Shown: positions 1 to 10,707 of the stretch, in pieces
How positions within the stretch are numbered: the stretch's first letter is position 1
How the letters are laid out: each line of letters begins with the position of its first letter
Source: Cyanobacteriota bacterium
GTDB lineage: Bacteria; Cyanobacteriota; Cyanobacteriia; Cyanobacteriales; Nostocaceae
Assembly: GCA_046045965.1 (NCBI GenBank)
Contig: JBJOKS010000012.1
Span: forward strand, 64,001-128,000
DNA length: 64,000 nt
Direction: 5' to 3'
Made by a program: the position numbers and the translations under genes
The notes under the pieces: model-generated
Database searches by the model: none
What the model was told of the DNA's origin: nothing
The model's input: the letters and a program-made list of their open reading frames with translations, nothing else

Positions 1-1086
1 TCCTTGTAATTGTTCAGCAGTAGTAATTGCTTTATTATCAATTTGGACAATGACATCTCCGCGTCGAATACCAGCATTTGCAGCAGGAGAATTGGGTACA
101 ACTCGCATCACTAAAACACCTTTGACTTCAGGAATTGCAAACATGGAATTAGGATCAGAATTATTTTGTTTAGCTAACTGGGGTGTTAAAGTGATCATTT
201 GTACACCTAAATAGGGGTGAGCAACTTTACCATCACGTTGCAATTGAGCAGCGATCGCTTTTGCTTTATCAATAGGAATAGCAAACCCTATCCCCATCGC
301 ATCTGCACGAATAGCGGTATTAATGCCAATTACCTCACCTTGACCATTTAACAACGGTCCACCAGAGTTACCAGGGTTAATCGCTGCGTCAGTTTGAATG
401 AAATCTAAACGTTTATCACTAATTCCCACCTGGGCGCTAGAACGTTTTAAAGTGCTGACAATCCCCAAAGTTACAGTATTATCAAATCCTAACGGATTAC
501 CAACAGCGATCGCCCAATCTCCCACCTGCACATTACTAGAAGAACCCAAAGGAGCAACAGGTAAATCGCTACCAGCATTAATCTTGACTACCGCCAAATC
601 AGTAACTTCATCAATACCTTTAACTTTACCCTCATAAGTGCGACCATCTTTCAACCGGACAGTCACCTTATCAGCTTGATCAACAACGTGAGCATTAGTG
701 AGAATTATGCCACTTTTATCCAGAATAAAACCAGAACCTAAACCCCGTAATTGTTCAGTCGGTGACATTTGGGGGAAACTCTCACCAAAAAACCGCCGGA
801 AAAACGGATCTTCCATAATTGGATCAACAGGACGGGTAATGGTTTTTTCTGTATCAATTCTCACTACAGCAGAACCCACACGATTTACTGCTGCTGTGAC
901 AAAGCTACTGCTACCAATAGCACCAACAGCAGCAGATGGCCTTTGAGAAACTACTGTATCCGGTGCTGGTTCAGCTTGGGAAGGTAAAACCAGCAAACAA
1001 GAAACCGTTAACACCACTCCTAGACAAATCGCCAAAACATGGGTACTGAGTTTGCGTATAGACCAAGGTACTGGGGAAATTTGCAT
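1..1086 (-). CDS. hhoA: HtrA/HhoA-family trypsin-like serine protease with PDZ domain (3' end runs off the window)
   Basis: Not in the ORF track. Manual minus-strand reading from ATG at 1086 gives MQISPVPWSIRKLSTHVLAI..., TNAHV (catalytic His), QTDAAINPGNSGGPL (catalytic Ser) and a PDZ-type YLGVQM. Confidence 0.9.
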   Translation of the reverse strand, partial: MQISPVPWSIRKLSTHVLAICLGVVLTVSCLLVLPSQAEPAPDTVVSQRPSAAVGAIGSSSFVTAAVNRVGSAVVRIDTEKTITRPVDPIMEDPFFRRFFGESFPQMSPTEQLRGLGSGFILDKSGIILTNAHVVDQADKVTVRLKDGRTYEGKVKGIDEVTDLAVVKINAGSDLPVAPLGSSSNVQVGDWAIAVGNPLGFDNTVTLGIVSTLKRSSAQVGISDKRLDFIQTDAAINPGNSGGPLLNGQGEVIGINTAIRADAMGIGFAIPIDKAKAIAAQLQRDGKVAHPYLGVQMITLTPQLAKQNNSDPNSMFAIPEVKGVLVMRVVPNSPAANAGIRRGDVIVQIDNKAITTAEQLQG

Positions 1087-1336
1087 AATCAAAACCTAAA
1101 TTTAGAAGTCCAATGTTTGCTATCTATTTACAAATCTAGCTACAATTATTTTTATAGCTGTCGGTGCTGATTGAAGTTTTTACCTGACTCGTGTTCTAAC
1201 AACTTCTGTCATCAAGTTAATAGAACATACACCAACCAAGCTATTATGGAAATTTGCCCCTATTCAGTTCGGTTTTTCCACCAATCTCAGATGCTTCTAG
1301 GCTAGGATCTAATTAATACCAAAACCTGAATGACCC

Positions 1337-1738
1337 ATGAATGGATCAAACCGATTAGCTGAAGAATCCTTATCTTCATCTGTGCAAGCAGAACACACAC
1401 ACCATCACCATTTAGACCACGAACATACAAATCATACTCCGAAAGCAGCCGAATCAGTTCATCCCCATGTGCATAGTGAAGAGTCATTACGGCGAATTGT
1501 TAACCGACTATCACGAATAGAAGGACACATTCGGGGAGTGAAAACAATGGTGCAACAAAACACCCCTTGTCCTGATGTATTATTACAAATTGCTGCTGTC
1601 AGAGGTGCATTAGACAAAGTAGCACGCATTGTTTTGGATGAACATTTAACCGAATGTATTGCTAGAGCTTCAGAAAATGGCAATATTGATGTAGAACTTG
1701 AACAACTCAAAGCTGCTTTAGATCGGTTTTTACCGTAG
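1337..1738 (+). CDS. CsoR/RcnR (InrS-like) metal-sensing transcriptional repressor with His-rich N-terminus
   Basis: RLSRIEGHIRGV...CPDVLLQIAAVRGAL...EHLTEC is the CsoR-family signature; HHHHLDHEH tract at the N-terminus. Confidence 0.9.
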   Translation: MNGSNRLAEESLSSSVQAEHTHHHHLDHEHTNHTPKAAESVHPHVHSEESLRRIVNRLSRIEGHIRGVKTMVQQNTPCPDVLLQIAAVRGALDKVARIVLDEHLTECIARASENGNIDVELEQLKAALDRFLP

Positions 1739-1752
1739 TTTCACAACAGGAG

Positions 1753-2886
1753 TCAGGATTCTTCTGTATTTGTATTTGTGAAAATATGCTGATCTGGAAT
1801 GCTACGGATACGACTCATTTGATTTAAAGCATACTTTGCAGTTTCCTGTACTTCTGGGTCTGGATCTTCCATCGCATGAAGTACAATCTTACTCATTTGT
1901 CCCATTGTGTCATAAATACGAACCAAATCACGAATAGCATTTTTTCGCACTTGGGGATTTTCATCTTGCATGGATATTGCTAAAGCACGGTTCATAGGTT
2001 TAAGTGTGCGAGTACCAATTTCTGACAAGGCTGATAAAATTAAACCTTGTTGTTGAGAATCTGCATCAATCATCAAGTCTACTAAAGGTTGAACTGCTCG
2101 TGAGTCACCTTGTTGAGCTATATTCCAAATTGCTTTTCGTTGCTGTGTCAAATCAGCACTATGTAATTCTGCTATAAAATTCTCAAACAAATTGACGGAA
2201 GATACAGAAGATACAACAGATGTCTGTTCAACTGGTAATATTTCTGTAGAAACTGGTGATGGCAGGTTAGAGCCAGGTTTGAGAAAAAATTTTGGCCTTT
2301 TTTGAGCAGATGGACTCAAAAGTTTTTGCTCAGAACTTGCCGACTCTAAAGCTGGTTTGCTATCAGCTAACTTTTGTGCAAAATAAAAAAATGCGCTCAA
2401 ACTGCCGACAACACCCAAACTAATTAATTTCCACCAAAGATCATTTTCCTGTGATGGTGGTGTCTGAATGTTTTTTTCCTGCGTCACAGTAGCAACAGCG
2501 TTACATTGAGTTTTACCAGCTAAAATTTCTTGAAGCTGCTGTCTGGTGGACCAGTCTGCAAGGCCATCTACTCTTTTCAAACCTTGTTCTTGCTGAAATC
2601 GAGTTACAGCATTTTGGGTACTTGGGCCGTACTGTCCATCTATCAAGCCATTGTAATAACCTAAAGCTTTGAGTTGCACCTGCACTACCTGTACTTCTGC
2701 ACCTTGAATATCTGGAGTGAGAATGGTTGGCTGGATAGGTACTGATGTATCTGTAACACTTATCGCGCGACTTGGGTATAAACAAAGGCACAGACAAGAG
2801 GATAGTATCAGGAGGGAATTGGTAATTGGTAATTGGTAATTGATCATTGATAATTGCTTTTTATCCCTCATTTTCACCATCTCCAA
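1753..2886 (-). CDS. Peptidoglycan-binding domain + TM + HEAT-repeat protein
   Basis: QLKALGYYNGLIDGQYGPSTQNAVTRFQ (PG_binding_1), a TM segment and C-terminal HEAT repeats (DENPQVRKNA, DPDPEVQETA). The start is uncertain because an STRR is translated near the N-terminus. Confidence 0.8.
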   Translation of the reverse strand: MEMVKMRDKKQLSMINYQLPITNSLLILSSCLCLCLYPSRAISVTDTSVPIQPTILTPDIQGAEVQVVQVQLKALGYYNGLIDGQYGPSTQNAVTRFQQEQGLKRVDGLADWSTRQQLQEILAGKTQCNAVATVTQEKNIQTPPSQENDLWWKLISLGVVGSLSAFFYFAQKLADSKPALESASSEQKLLSPSAQKRPKFFLKPGSNLPSPVSTEILPVEQTSVVSSVSSVNLFENFIAELHSADLTQQRKAIWNIAQQGDSRAVQPLVDLMIDADSQQQGLILSALSEIGTRTLKPMNRALAISMQDENPQVRKNAIRDLVRIYDTMGQMSKIVLHAMEDPDPEVQETAKYALNQMSRIRSIPDQHIFTNTNTEES

Positions 2887-2936
2887 CTGATTAAGTTACT
2901 GTTTAAATTAAGGTAAAATTTCTGATTTTGATTTTC

Positions 2937-3959
2937 TCAAAGTTTCTTAGTCACAGATGCTTCTAAAACTGGTTGCTGCTGATTAGTTTTTTCACTGATG
3001 GTAACTTTTTGATTTTGTCCTGCTAAATTTTCCCGCTGGTTGATTAAATAAATACTAATTAAAGTGAGGCTAACTCCTACCCATTGAATAGGAGTGAGAA
3101 CTTCTGAAAGAAAAATATGACCAAATATCAACGCAAACACTGGTGTGAGAAAGGTGAGAGAACTTAAACTTGTTAAATTACCACTAGAAGCAAAGTAGAA
3201 GAATAAACCATAAGCGATCGCACTCCCGAAAATAGTTGCATAACTTAAAGCTAACCAATCGGATAATACAAGATTTTCCCAATGTTGTACTTCTACAACA
3301 GCAGAAATTCCCCACAATGGCAACCCTGCTATAATCATGTGCCATCCTGTAGCAATTACCGGATCAGCATATCTACAGACAAACCGAATTAGTACGGTTC
3401 CTACAGCCATTGACAAAGCTGCTAGTAACATCAACCATTCACCACTCGCAAACAATTGTTGCCAATTATCGGTTGTGATTTTTACACCTGAGTCGAGAAG
3501 ATGAAAAATCCACTCTTCTGGTAAGCCAATCAAACTTATACCAGCTACTCCCAATCCTAACCCTAACCATCCCCAAAGGCCAATATGTTCTTGAAATAAC
3601 CACAAAGACAGTAAAGCTACGGCTAAAGGTTGAGAGTCAATCATCACAGAACCTAACCCCGCACTGGTTCTCACTAACCCTTCTGCTAAAAAGCCCTGAA
3701 ACAGCGTACCATCAACCAGGGCAAATATTGTAATCCATAACCATGCTAACCATCCTTTGGGTTGTGGTCTGCCCATAAATGCCGCAGCGATGAGAATTAA
3801 CACCCCCGCAGGTAGTAAACGTACTCCTGCCATAAATAAAGGTGTGGTATGAGGTATTACCCCTTTCATTGCTACCATTGCTGTACCCCAGAGGAAAAAA
3901 GGGGCAATTAACAATAGGGAAGCTAAGGTAGATTTTGATCCTCTCAGTTGCAGTTGCAT
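2937..3959 (-). CDS. DMT/EamA family transporter
   Basis: About 10 hydrophobic helices; FLWGTAMVAMK and LTPVFALIFG EamA-type motifs. Confidence 0.9.
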   Translation of the reverse strand: MQLQLRGSKSTLASLLLIAPFFLWGTAMVAMKGVIPHTTPLFMAGVRLLPAGVLILIAAAFMGRPQPKGWLAWLWITIFALVDGTLFQGFLAEGLVRTSAGLGSVMIDSQPLAVALLSLWLFQEHIGLWGWLGLGLGVAGISLIGLPEEWIFHLLDSGVKITTDNWQQLFASGEWLMLLAALSMAVGTVLIRFVCRYADPVIATGWHMIIAGLPLWGISAVVEVQHWENLVLSDWLALSYATIFGSAIAYGLFFYFASSGNLTSLSSLTFLTPVFALIFGHIFLSEVLTPIQWVGVSLTLISIYLINQRENLAGQNQKVTISEKTNQQQPVLEASVTKKL

Positions 3960-4156
3960 GATAGGCTATGGTGTTTTGTTAATTAGGTGGAAACATTACT
4001 TTACCTAATTTTACAGAAACATTTACTTTTATGTTTATGTAGCATCTCGCAAACCAGGAATTAATACTCAAAGGTAGTAAAAGTTACAAAAAATCATCTT
4101 GAAGACTCAAATCCGAATTGTGTTTGATACGTATAAAATAGTCCTAAAAATCTGCT

Positions 4157-5173
4157 ATGATACTAAATTTCACCCCTGACTATACAACAAAATTTGGTGC
4201 TGCTTATTTGGGAAACAGCCTAGAATTAATGGCAAATATCCCTGATGAAAGTATTGATTTAATTTGCACATCTCCACCTTTTGCGCTAGTTAGAAAAAAA
4301 GAATATGGTAATGTTGATGCAGACAAATATGTGGAATGGTTTGAAGATTTTGCAGTTCAATTTCACCGCATTCTTAAACCCACAGGTTCATTAGTTATTG
4401 ATATTGGTGGTAGTTGGCTTAAAGGAATGCCAGTTCGTTCTCTTTATCATTTTGAATTGGTTATTTCTCTGTGTAAATCCAAAGAAAAAGGTGGATTAGG
4501 ATTTTATTTAGCACAGGAATTATATTGGTATAATCCTGCTAAACTTCCTACACCTGCTGAATGGGTGACAGTTCGCAGAGAAAGAGTTAAAGATGCGGTA
4601 AATACAGTGTGGTGGTTATCTAAAGAACCCCATCCTAAAGCTAATAATAGAAGAGTTTTAAAACCTTATAGCAAGTCAATGAAAAATTTGCTCAAGAATG
4701 GTTATAAACCTAAAATTAGACCATCAGGACATGATATTTCTAGTAAATTTGGCAATGACAGAGGAGGTGCTATTCCTCCTAATATAATTGATGGACGTTG
4801 CAATATAGATAAAGAAGAAATAGGACAACAAACGCTTTTAGAAAAAACATCTTCCGAAGATTTAATACATTCTGTCAATGTAATTTCTGCTTCAAATACT
4901 GCTTCCAATGATTATTATCAAAAGCGGTGTAAAGAAGAAGGTTTTAAACCACATCCGGCAAGATTTCCATACGCATTACCAGAATTTGTGATTAACCTTT
5001 GTACAGAACCAGGGGATATTGTTTTAGATCCTTTTGCTGGTTCTAATATGACTGGTAGAGTAGCAGAAAATTTACAAAGACATTGGTTAGCGTTTGAGAT
5101 TGATGAAGATTATATTAGGAGTTCAAGGTTAAGATTTGCGGAAAATGAATTGAGTGGAAACAGCTATAATTAG
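4157..5173 (+). CDS. Site-specific DNA methyltransferase, beta class, probably N4-cytosine (M.PvuII-like)
   Basis: Catalytic motif IV TSPPF is N-terminal; HPARFP and SAM-binding motif I VLDPFAGS are C-terminal. Confidence 0.9.
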   Translation: MILNFTPDYTTKFGAAYLGNSLELMANIPDESIDLICTSPPFALVRKKEYGNVDADKYVEWFEDFAVQFHRILKPTGSLVIDIGGSWLKGMPVRSLYHFELVISLCKSKEKGGLGFYLAQELYWYNPAKLPTPAEWVTVRRERVKDAVNTVWWLSKEPHPKANNRRVLKPYSKSMKNLLKNGYKPKIRPSGHDISSKFGNDRGGAIPPNIIDGRCNIDKEEIGQQTLLEKTSSEDLIHSVNVISASNTASNDYYQKRCKEEGFKPHPARFPYALPEFVINLCTEPGDIVLDPFAGSNMTGRVAENLQRHWLAFEIDEDYIRSSRLRFAENELSGNSYN

Positions 5174-5589
5174 GATTTTATCAGCAATGATTTATCTATA
5201 ACTCTTGTATTATCAAGCTGATATGACTCTGGATTCCGTGAAAATACCCGTGTTAGGTTAGGTGTTAACTGGTTAATGCAATTCTAGACAAACTTCCTGC
5301 ATCTTTTCGTGATAACAATCGACAGATAGATTTGTATAGGAATAGCTTTAAACCTCCAGAAAAATAACTTTTTTATTCAGGAGTATTTTCTAAGCAAAGT
5401 AGTCAGAATCAAGATTTACATTATTTTAATATTTACAGAATGTTATTAACAAAGTAGGTAGGCATTAAAAATTGTCGTTATGACAAGGGAACAGGGAACA
5501 GGGAACGGGGAACAGAGAAGAGGGTTTTAATGACTAGAATATTTTCCAGGTGCGTTAAATTCCAAATAACGCACCATGAACACTAAAAA

Positions 5590-7242
5590 TCAGGAATTAC
5601 CGACGACACTAGAATTAACTAAAATTGCCCCTAATTTCACATTGAATTCTTGTTCAAAAACTCCTTTCTTATAATCTAAACTCCACAGTTCCAATGCACA
5701 ATCATCACCTAATTTAGCAGCAAAGATGCACATTTTCAATTGCTGCATATTAGGAAAGTATTCACACTGCACGCGAGATACTGCTCCAATTTGTCTTCTA
5801 TCTAAAGCAACTGCTAATCTTAAAATTGCACTCAGTTGACATACCATTTGCCGATGTTCTTTATGCAATAAATTCCGGTAGTTTTCGTGCTTTTTCTTAG
5901 GTGGTGATTTGCGGTGATAACGGGCTAAATTAGCAATGATTTCTATCTCAGTTTCGTTATAACCAAGTAATTCACCATTTCTAATTAAATAGTATGAATG
6001 CTTGTGGTGTGAAGAATGGCTGATGTAGTGACCGCAGTTGTGTAAAATGGCAGCAGCCCAAAGTAATTGTCTTTCATCTTTACCCCAATTATGTATTTTA
6101 CCTTGAGTTTGATCAAATAAACTCAATGCAAATGCAGCAACGCGATCGCTATGTTCTAGGTTGGTCTGGTATTTCTTGGCAATTTTTAAAACATTACGTT
6201 CTCTAATGGAACTTTGATAACGCAGTCTGTTGTCAATTAAACCATGTGTCAGCATCCAGTCTACTATTACACCTTCCCGCAAGGAACGTTCACAAAGAGT
6301 TACTGATTCCACATCTAGCAGGGTCATGGCTTCCTGTAATATCACTGCCCCAGCGAGTATCACTTCTGACCGCTTTTCTGGCATTCCTGAAATTGCCGCC
6401 CGTTCTACGTTATTCATCCGTCGCAAGCGCGTTACCCATGTCCGCAAGTCTTGGAGACTAAATTTATAACCGTTGAGGGTGGAAGGAACAACCCCCATTT
6501 TTTCCTTAGCATGAATCATGGCTATGGTTTCAATTGTGCCAGATGTTCCTATCAATTTGGGAATTTCACCAGGTTGGAGTTTAGAAAGTACGTCTTCTAC
6601 AGAACGTTCTAACATTCCCCGTGCGTAGGCTTGCAGATATTGAAACTCAGTATTGCTAATGGGGTCGGTGCTGATTAATTCCCCAGTTAGTCTTACTGCA
6701 CCTACCTTTGTACTGGTGAGACTGCGGGGGTCTTCCGAGTCGCCTAAAATTATTTCTGTGGAACCACCACCAATATCAACAATGATATGCGGTTGTTGAT
6801 TAAATTCCATGCCAGAAAGCACACCTAAATAGATGCGTCGCGCTTCTTCCTGACCAGAAATTAAGTCAACACTTAAGCCTATTTCTGTTTCAATTTGGTG
6901 TAAAAATTCTCGACCATTGGGGGATTCACGGACGGCGCTAGTAGCTACTGCAATAATGCTTTCTGCTTCTAGACTTTTGGCTAGTTCTTGGAAGCGTTTT
7001 AAACAAGCGATCGCTTTTTTGATCACTTCTAGTTTGAGTTCTCCAGTTTCTAAATCGCGATCGCCTAATCTCACCGTTTCTTTTTCTTTGGCAATCATCG
7101 TAAAAGCTGGTAGCGTCGGTTCAATCCGTACTATTACCATGTGCAAAGAATTAGTACCGATATCAATAGACGCAATAATCGGGTTTTGCTTCACTGGTGG
7201 AGTTGGTACACTCTCCCAGTTAGCAGAAACTACATTCAGCAT
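5590..7242 (-). CDS. ppx: Ppx/GppA exopolyphosphatase
   Basis: IDIGTNS, ATSAVRE, ISGQEEAR, DIGGGSTE motifs plus a C-terminal HD-like region. Confidence 0.95.
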   Translation of the reverse strand: MLNVVSANWESVPTPPVKQNPIIASIDIGTNSLHMVIVRIEPTLPAFTMIAKEKETVRLGDRDLETGELKLEVIKKAIACLKRFQELAKSLEAESIIAVATSAVRESPNGREFLHQIETEIGLSVDLISGQEEARRIYLGVLSGMEFNQQPHIIVDIGGGSTEIILGDSEDPRSLTSTKVGAVRLTGELISTDPISNTEFQYLQAYARGMLERSVEDVLSKLQPGEIPKLIGTSGTIETIAMIHAKEKMGVVPSTLNGYKFSLQDLRTWVTRLRRMNNVERAAISGMPEKRSEVILAGAVILQEAMTLLDVESVTLCERSLREGVIVDWMLTHGLIDNRLRYQSSIRERNVLKIAKKYQTNLEHSDRVAAFALSLFDQTQGKIHNWGKDERQLLWAAAILHNCGHYISHSSHHKHSYYLIRNGELLGYNETEIEIIANLARYHRKSPPKKKHENYRNLLHKEHRQMVCQLSAILRLAVALDRRQIGAVSRVQCEYFPNMQQLKMCIFAAKLGDDCALELWSLDYKKGVFEQEFNVKLGAILVNSSVVGNS

Positions 7243-7597
7243 TTAGGTTTCTCTCTCTTAACAATGGATGGACAAAGCTGGTGTGCTGATTTAATCCGCA
7301 CTAAATACTTAGTACGTACAATCTATAGAATGTTCAGGTTAATTGTCTGGTGAAATTACTCACAACAAACAACTGACAATTAAAGTAATGAAAAGTAATG
7401 AATTTGTATCCCCAGCTGTAACCTTAGTTGATGTGTAGGGATGATCAAAAAAATAAACCGCAGGATGCAAAGGAAAGAGGATTAAATCAGGTTTTTACAT
7501 CAGTGCTGTTGATTTTTCCCAAATTTGGATGCTCCCTGTATGTACAGTTATCAAATAACGATATTCTATAGATGTGAAGATATGTGAATCGAGCAAT

Positions 7598-8479
7598 ATG
7601 CTAACAACACCAGAAAGCAACCAAGAACCCTTATGGCTGGTCATTATTCGGCTGTTACGGTGGCATAAACCAGAAGGCAGGTTAATTTTAATGATTCCTG
7701 CTTTATGGGCTGTGTTTTTGGCAGCTGCTGGTAAACCACCTTTACCCCTAGTTGGGGTAATTATCTTAGGTACTTTAGCCACTAGTGCCGCAGGTTGTGT
7801 AGTTAATGATCTATGGGATCGAGATATAGATCCGCAAGTCGAGAGAACACGCGATCGCCCTCTGGCTTCCCGCACTCTTTCCATCAAAGTTGGTATAGCT
7901 GTGGGAATAGTTTCCCTCGCTTGTGCCGCAATTCTCGCTTTCTATCTTAACCCCTTAAGCTTCTGGTTGTCTGTAGCAGCAGTACCCGTAATTTTACTTT
8001 ATCCCGGTGCAAAACGGGTGTTTCCTGTACCACAGTTGGTACTTTCCATCGCTTGGGGTTTTGCAGTTTTAATTAGTTGGAGTGCAGTTACACAAAACAT
8101 TTCCCCACCTACTTGGTTATTGTGGGGTGCAACTGTTCTCTGGACCTTGGGATTTGATACAATTTATGCCATGAGCGATCGCGAAGATGATCAGCGCATT
8201 GGTGTTAATTCCAGCGCCCTCTTTTTTGGTAAATACACCTCTACAATCATTGGTATTTTCTTCGGCGGTACGATCATTCTCCTCGCTGGGGAAGGTTTCT
8301 TAACTCATCTCAATGGATTTTTCTGGATCAGTTTAATAATTTCTACTATTGGCTGGTTTTGGCAATTTATCCGCTTGAGAAACCCAGAACTACCCAACCC
8401 TGCTTATGGTGAAATGTTTCGTCAAAATGTCTGGATTGGATTTCTGATTTTAGCAGGAATGATTTTTGGTTCTTTCTAA
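7598..8479 (+). CDS. ubiA: 4-hydroxybenzoate solanesyl/polyprenyltransferase (UbiA family)
   Basis: NDLWDRDIDPQVERTRDRPL and DTIYAMSDREDD aspartate-rich motifs. ATG at 7598 preferred over GTG at 7574. Confidence 0.93.
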   Translation: MLTTPESNQEPLWLVIIRLLRWHKPEGRLILMIPALWAVFLAAAGKPPLPLVGVIILGTLATSAAGCVVNDLWDRDIDPQVERTRDRPLASRTLSIKVGIAVGIVSLACAAILAFYLNPLSFWLSVAAVPVILLYPGAKRVFPVPQLVLSIAWGFAVLISWSAVTQNISPPTWLLWGATVLWTLGFDTIYAMSDREDDQRIGVNSSALFFGKYTSTIIGIFFGGTIILLAGEGFLTHLNGFFWISLIISTIGWFWQFIRLRNPELPNPAYGEMFRQNVWIGFLILAGMIFGSF

Positions 8480-8570
8480 AACGGACTGGGGAGAATCAAG
8501 TCAAAAGTCAAAAGTCAAAAGTCAAAAATTCTGTTCCCTGTTCCCTGTTCCCTGTTCCCTTCTTTCCCAA

Positions 8571-10436
8571 TTACCCATTACCCATTAGGTGCTTTATCGG
8601 CAAAGTAATCACAAACTTTGTTCCCTCTCCCACAGCCGAAACCACCTCTATTTTACCCTGGTGCTTATCAATTATTTGATAACAAATACTCAAACCTAAG
8701 CCCGTACCTTGTCCTACTGGCTTAGTAGTGAAAAAAGGGTCAAATAGCTTAGTGATAATTTCCGGTAAAATTCCTTCTCCATTATCTTTAATTCCTACTT
8801 TAATATATTGATCATCAACTTTTGATGTCTCTATAACTATTTGTTTATTAGCTTGCTTTTTAGATTCTATCAGTGCATCTATAGCATTACTAATAATATT
8901 CATAAATACCTGATTCAGTTGCGCTGGATAACAATCAATTAAAGGCAAATCACCATATTTTTTAATAACTTTAATTTCTTGATTCAGGCGATGATTTAAA
9001 ATTAATAAAGTATTATCAATACCTTCATGAATATCCACATCCTTCATTTCAGATTCATCTAATCTGGAGAAATTACGCAACGACAACACAATTTCCCGAA
9101 TACGCTGAGATCCTACTTTCATCGATGACAACATTTTTGACAAATCTTCCATCAGAAATTCTAAATCTATTTCTTCAATTTTCTCCTCAATGAACAAATT
9201 TTTATCAGGATATTGTTCTTGATACAAATTTAATAAACTGATTAAATCTTGCAGATAATTTTCCGCACATTGAATATTACCATAAATAAAGTTAACAGGA
9301 TTATTAATTTCATGGGCTATCCCTGCTACCATTTCCCCAAGAGAAGACATCTTTTCTGTTTGAATTAATTGCGCTTGGGTATTTTTTAAATCTTGCAGTG
9401 CTTGTTGCAGTTCTTGAGTTCTTTCTTCTACCCTTTGTTCTAAAGTTCGTTGTGCTTGTCGCAGTTCTTGAGTTCTTTCTTCTACCCTTTGTTCTAAAGT
9501 TTTGCGAGCAAATTCAAGCTGTTCTGTATAATCTCCCACCCATTCCACTAATCTATTTAAAGATGCTGCTAATGTCCCTACTTCATCATTGCTGATCACA
9601 TTAGCTCTGATGTTAAAATTTGATTCTTCCGTGATCTTCCTAGCAGTATTAGTAACCGCTTGTAGTGGACGAGTAATTAATTTAGTAGTGAAAAATGCGA
9701 GAGCTACTGCTATGAAAGATGACAATACTATACCACTAATAATAATTTGAACTCGCAGTTCTTTAGCTTTAGCAAAACTAATATTTGCCTCATCTCTTTG
9801 AGTATCTGCACTTTTAATAATTTGATTTAGCTGCTCTGAAAGTCTCTCAAATTCAATATTAAGCTTAGTATATTCTGGATCATTGAGTAAGATTAAGAGA
9901 ATAGACTGTGCAGAACTATTTTTTTGAAATGTTAAGCTATTTCCTTCTAGATATCTCCAAAAACCTTGGATAGTTGCCGTATATAACTGTGTAGTATTTT
10001 GATATCCTTCCACTAAGATTGTAAAATTGCTATCATTTACAGCCAGAACATTAGGGTTGTCTTGGATGAACTTTCTGAGTTGAGATAATTGTTGATTAAC
10101 TTGAGTAATATTATCAGAAAACTGCTCTTTTTCAAAATCTAACAAAACATAATTTTCTATGACATTAGCTAATCTTTGCGGATACATTCTGATTGTGGTT
10201 ACTGCATTTTTTAAATCTTTCAAAAGTAATTGTTGTTGATAAGATATTAATAATTGCTTCTGAGCGGTTTCTTCATAGTGATTGGCAATCAACAAACCAC
10301 TTGCTGTCCCTATAGCAGCAATGCTCAGTATGACTGTATAACCAAAAGTTATTTTCTTGGCTATATTCCAATTATTGGTTAAGTAGCCAAGATGTAGTAA
10401 AAAAGGTTTTATCTTTCTCTTAATAATATATATCAT
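8571..10436 (-). CDS. Membrane sensor histidine kinase (HAMP, HisKA, HATPase)
   Basis: Two TM helices, HAMP (DEVGTLAASLN), AHEINNP H-box, FDPFFTTKPVGQGTGLGL. Confidence 0.95.
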   Translation of the reverse strand: MIYIIKRKIKPFLLHLGYLTNNWNIAKKITFGYTVILSIAAIGTASGLLIANHYEETAQKQLLISYQQQLLLKDLKNAVTTIRMYPQRLANVIENYVLLDFEKEQFSDNITQVNQQLSQLRKFIQDNPNVLAVNDSNFTILVEGYQNTTQLYTATIQGFWRYLEGNSLTFQKNSSAQSILLILLNDPEYTKLNIEFERLSEQLNQIIKSADTQRDEANISFAKAKELRVQIIISGIVLSSFIAVALAFFTTKLITRPLQAVTNTARKITEESNFNIRANVISNDEVGTLAASLNRLVEWVGDYTEQLEFARKTLEQRVEERTQELRQAQRTLEQRVEERTQELQQALQDLKNTQAQLIQTEKMSSLGEMVAGIAHEINNPVNFIYGNIQCAENYLQDLISLLNLYQEQYPDKNLFIEEKIEEIDLEFLMEDLSKMLSSMKVGSQRIREIVLSLRNFSRLDESEMKDVDIHEGIDNTLLILNHRLNQEIKVIKKYGDLPLIDCYPAQLNQVFMNIISNAIDALIESKKQANKQIVIETSKVDDQYIKVGIKDNGEGILPEIITKLFDPFFTTKPVGQGTGLGLSICYQIIDKHQGKIEVVSAVGEGTKFVITLPIKHLMGNG

Positions 10437-10707
10437 TCATTTATCAACTAATTTAATAAACCTGCGTATCATTTTTTTAATTCAAATCACGGATCATATC
10501 ATCAACAAAGTTATTTGTTGTAACTAATTGTATTCATCAACTTTAGCAAAAGCTCTTGTAGAAATTATTGCTTTCTCCAATATTCTGACTCCTGTACAGG
10601 CGGGGTAACTTCTGAAAATGAATATATCTGGCGATAGATTCAAAATTATCATGACGGTTGTTGGATTAGTTGGGATATTAATCTACCAGCTAGATTCACT
10701 TAACTAA

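Noticed and set aside
398..987. Plus-strand ORFs 398-637, 698-946 and 769-987
   Set aside because: Antisense shadows of hhoA. The same applies to most short track ORFs overlapping long genes, e.g. 6230-6469, 33968-34513 and 47184-47654.
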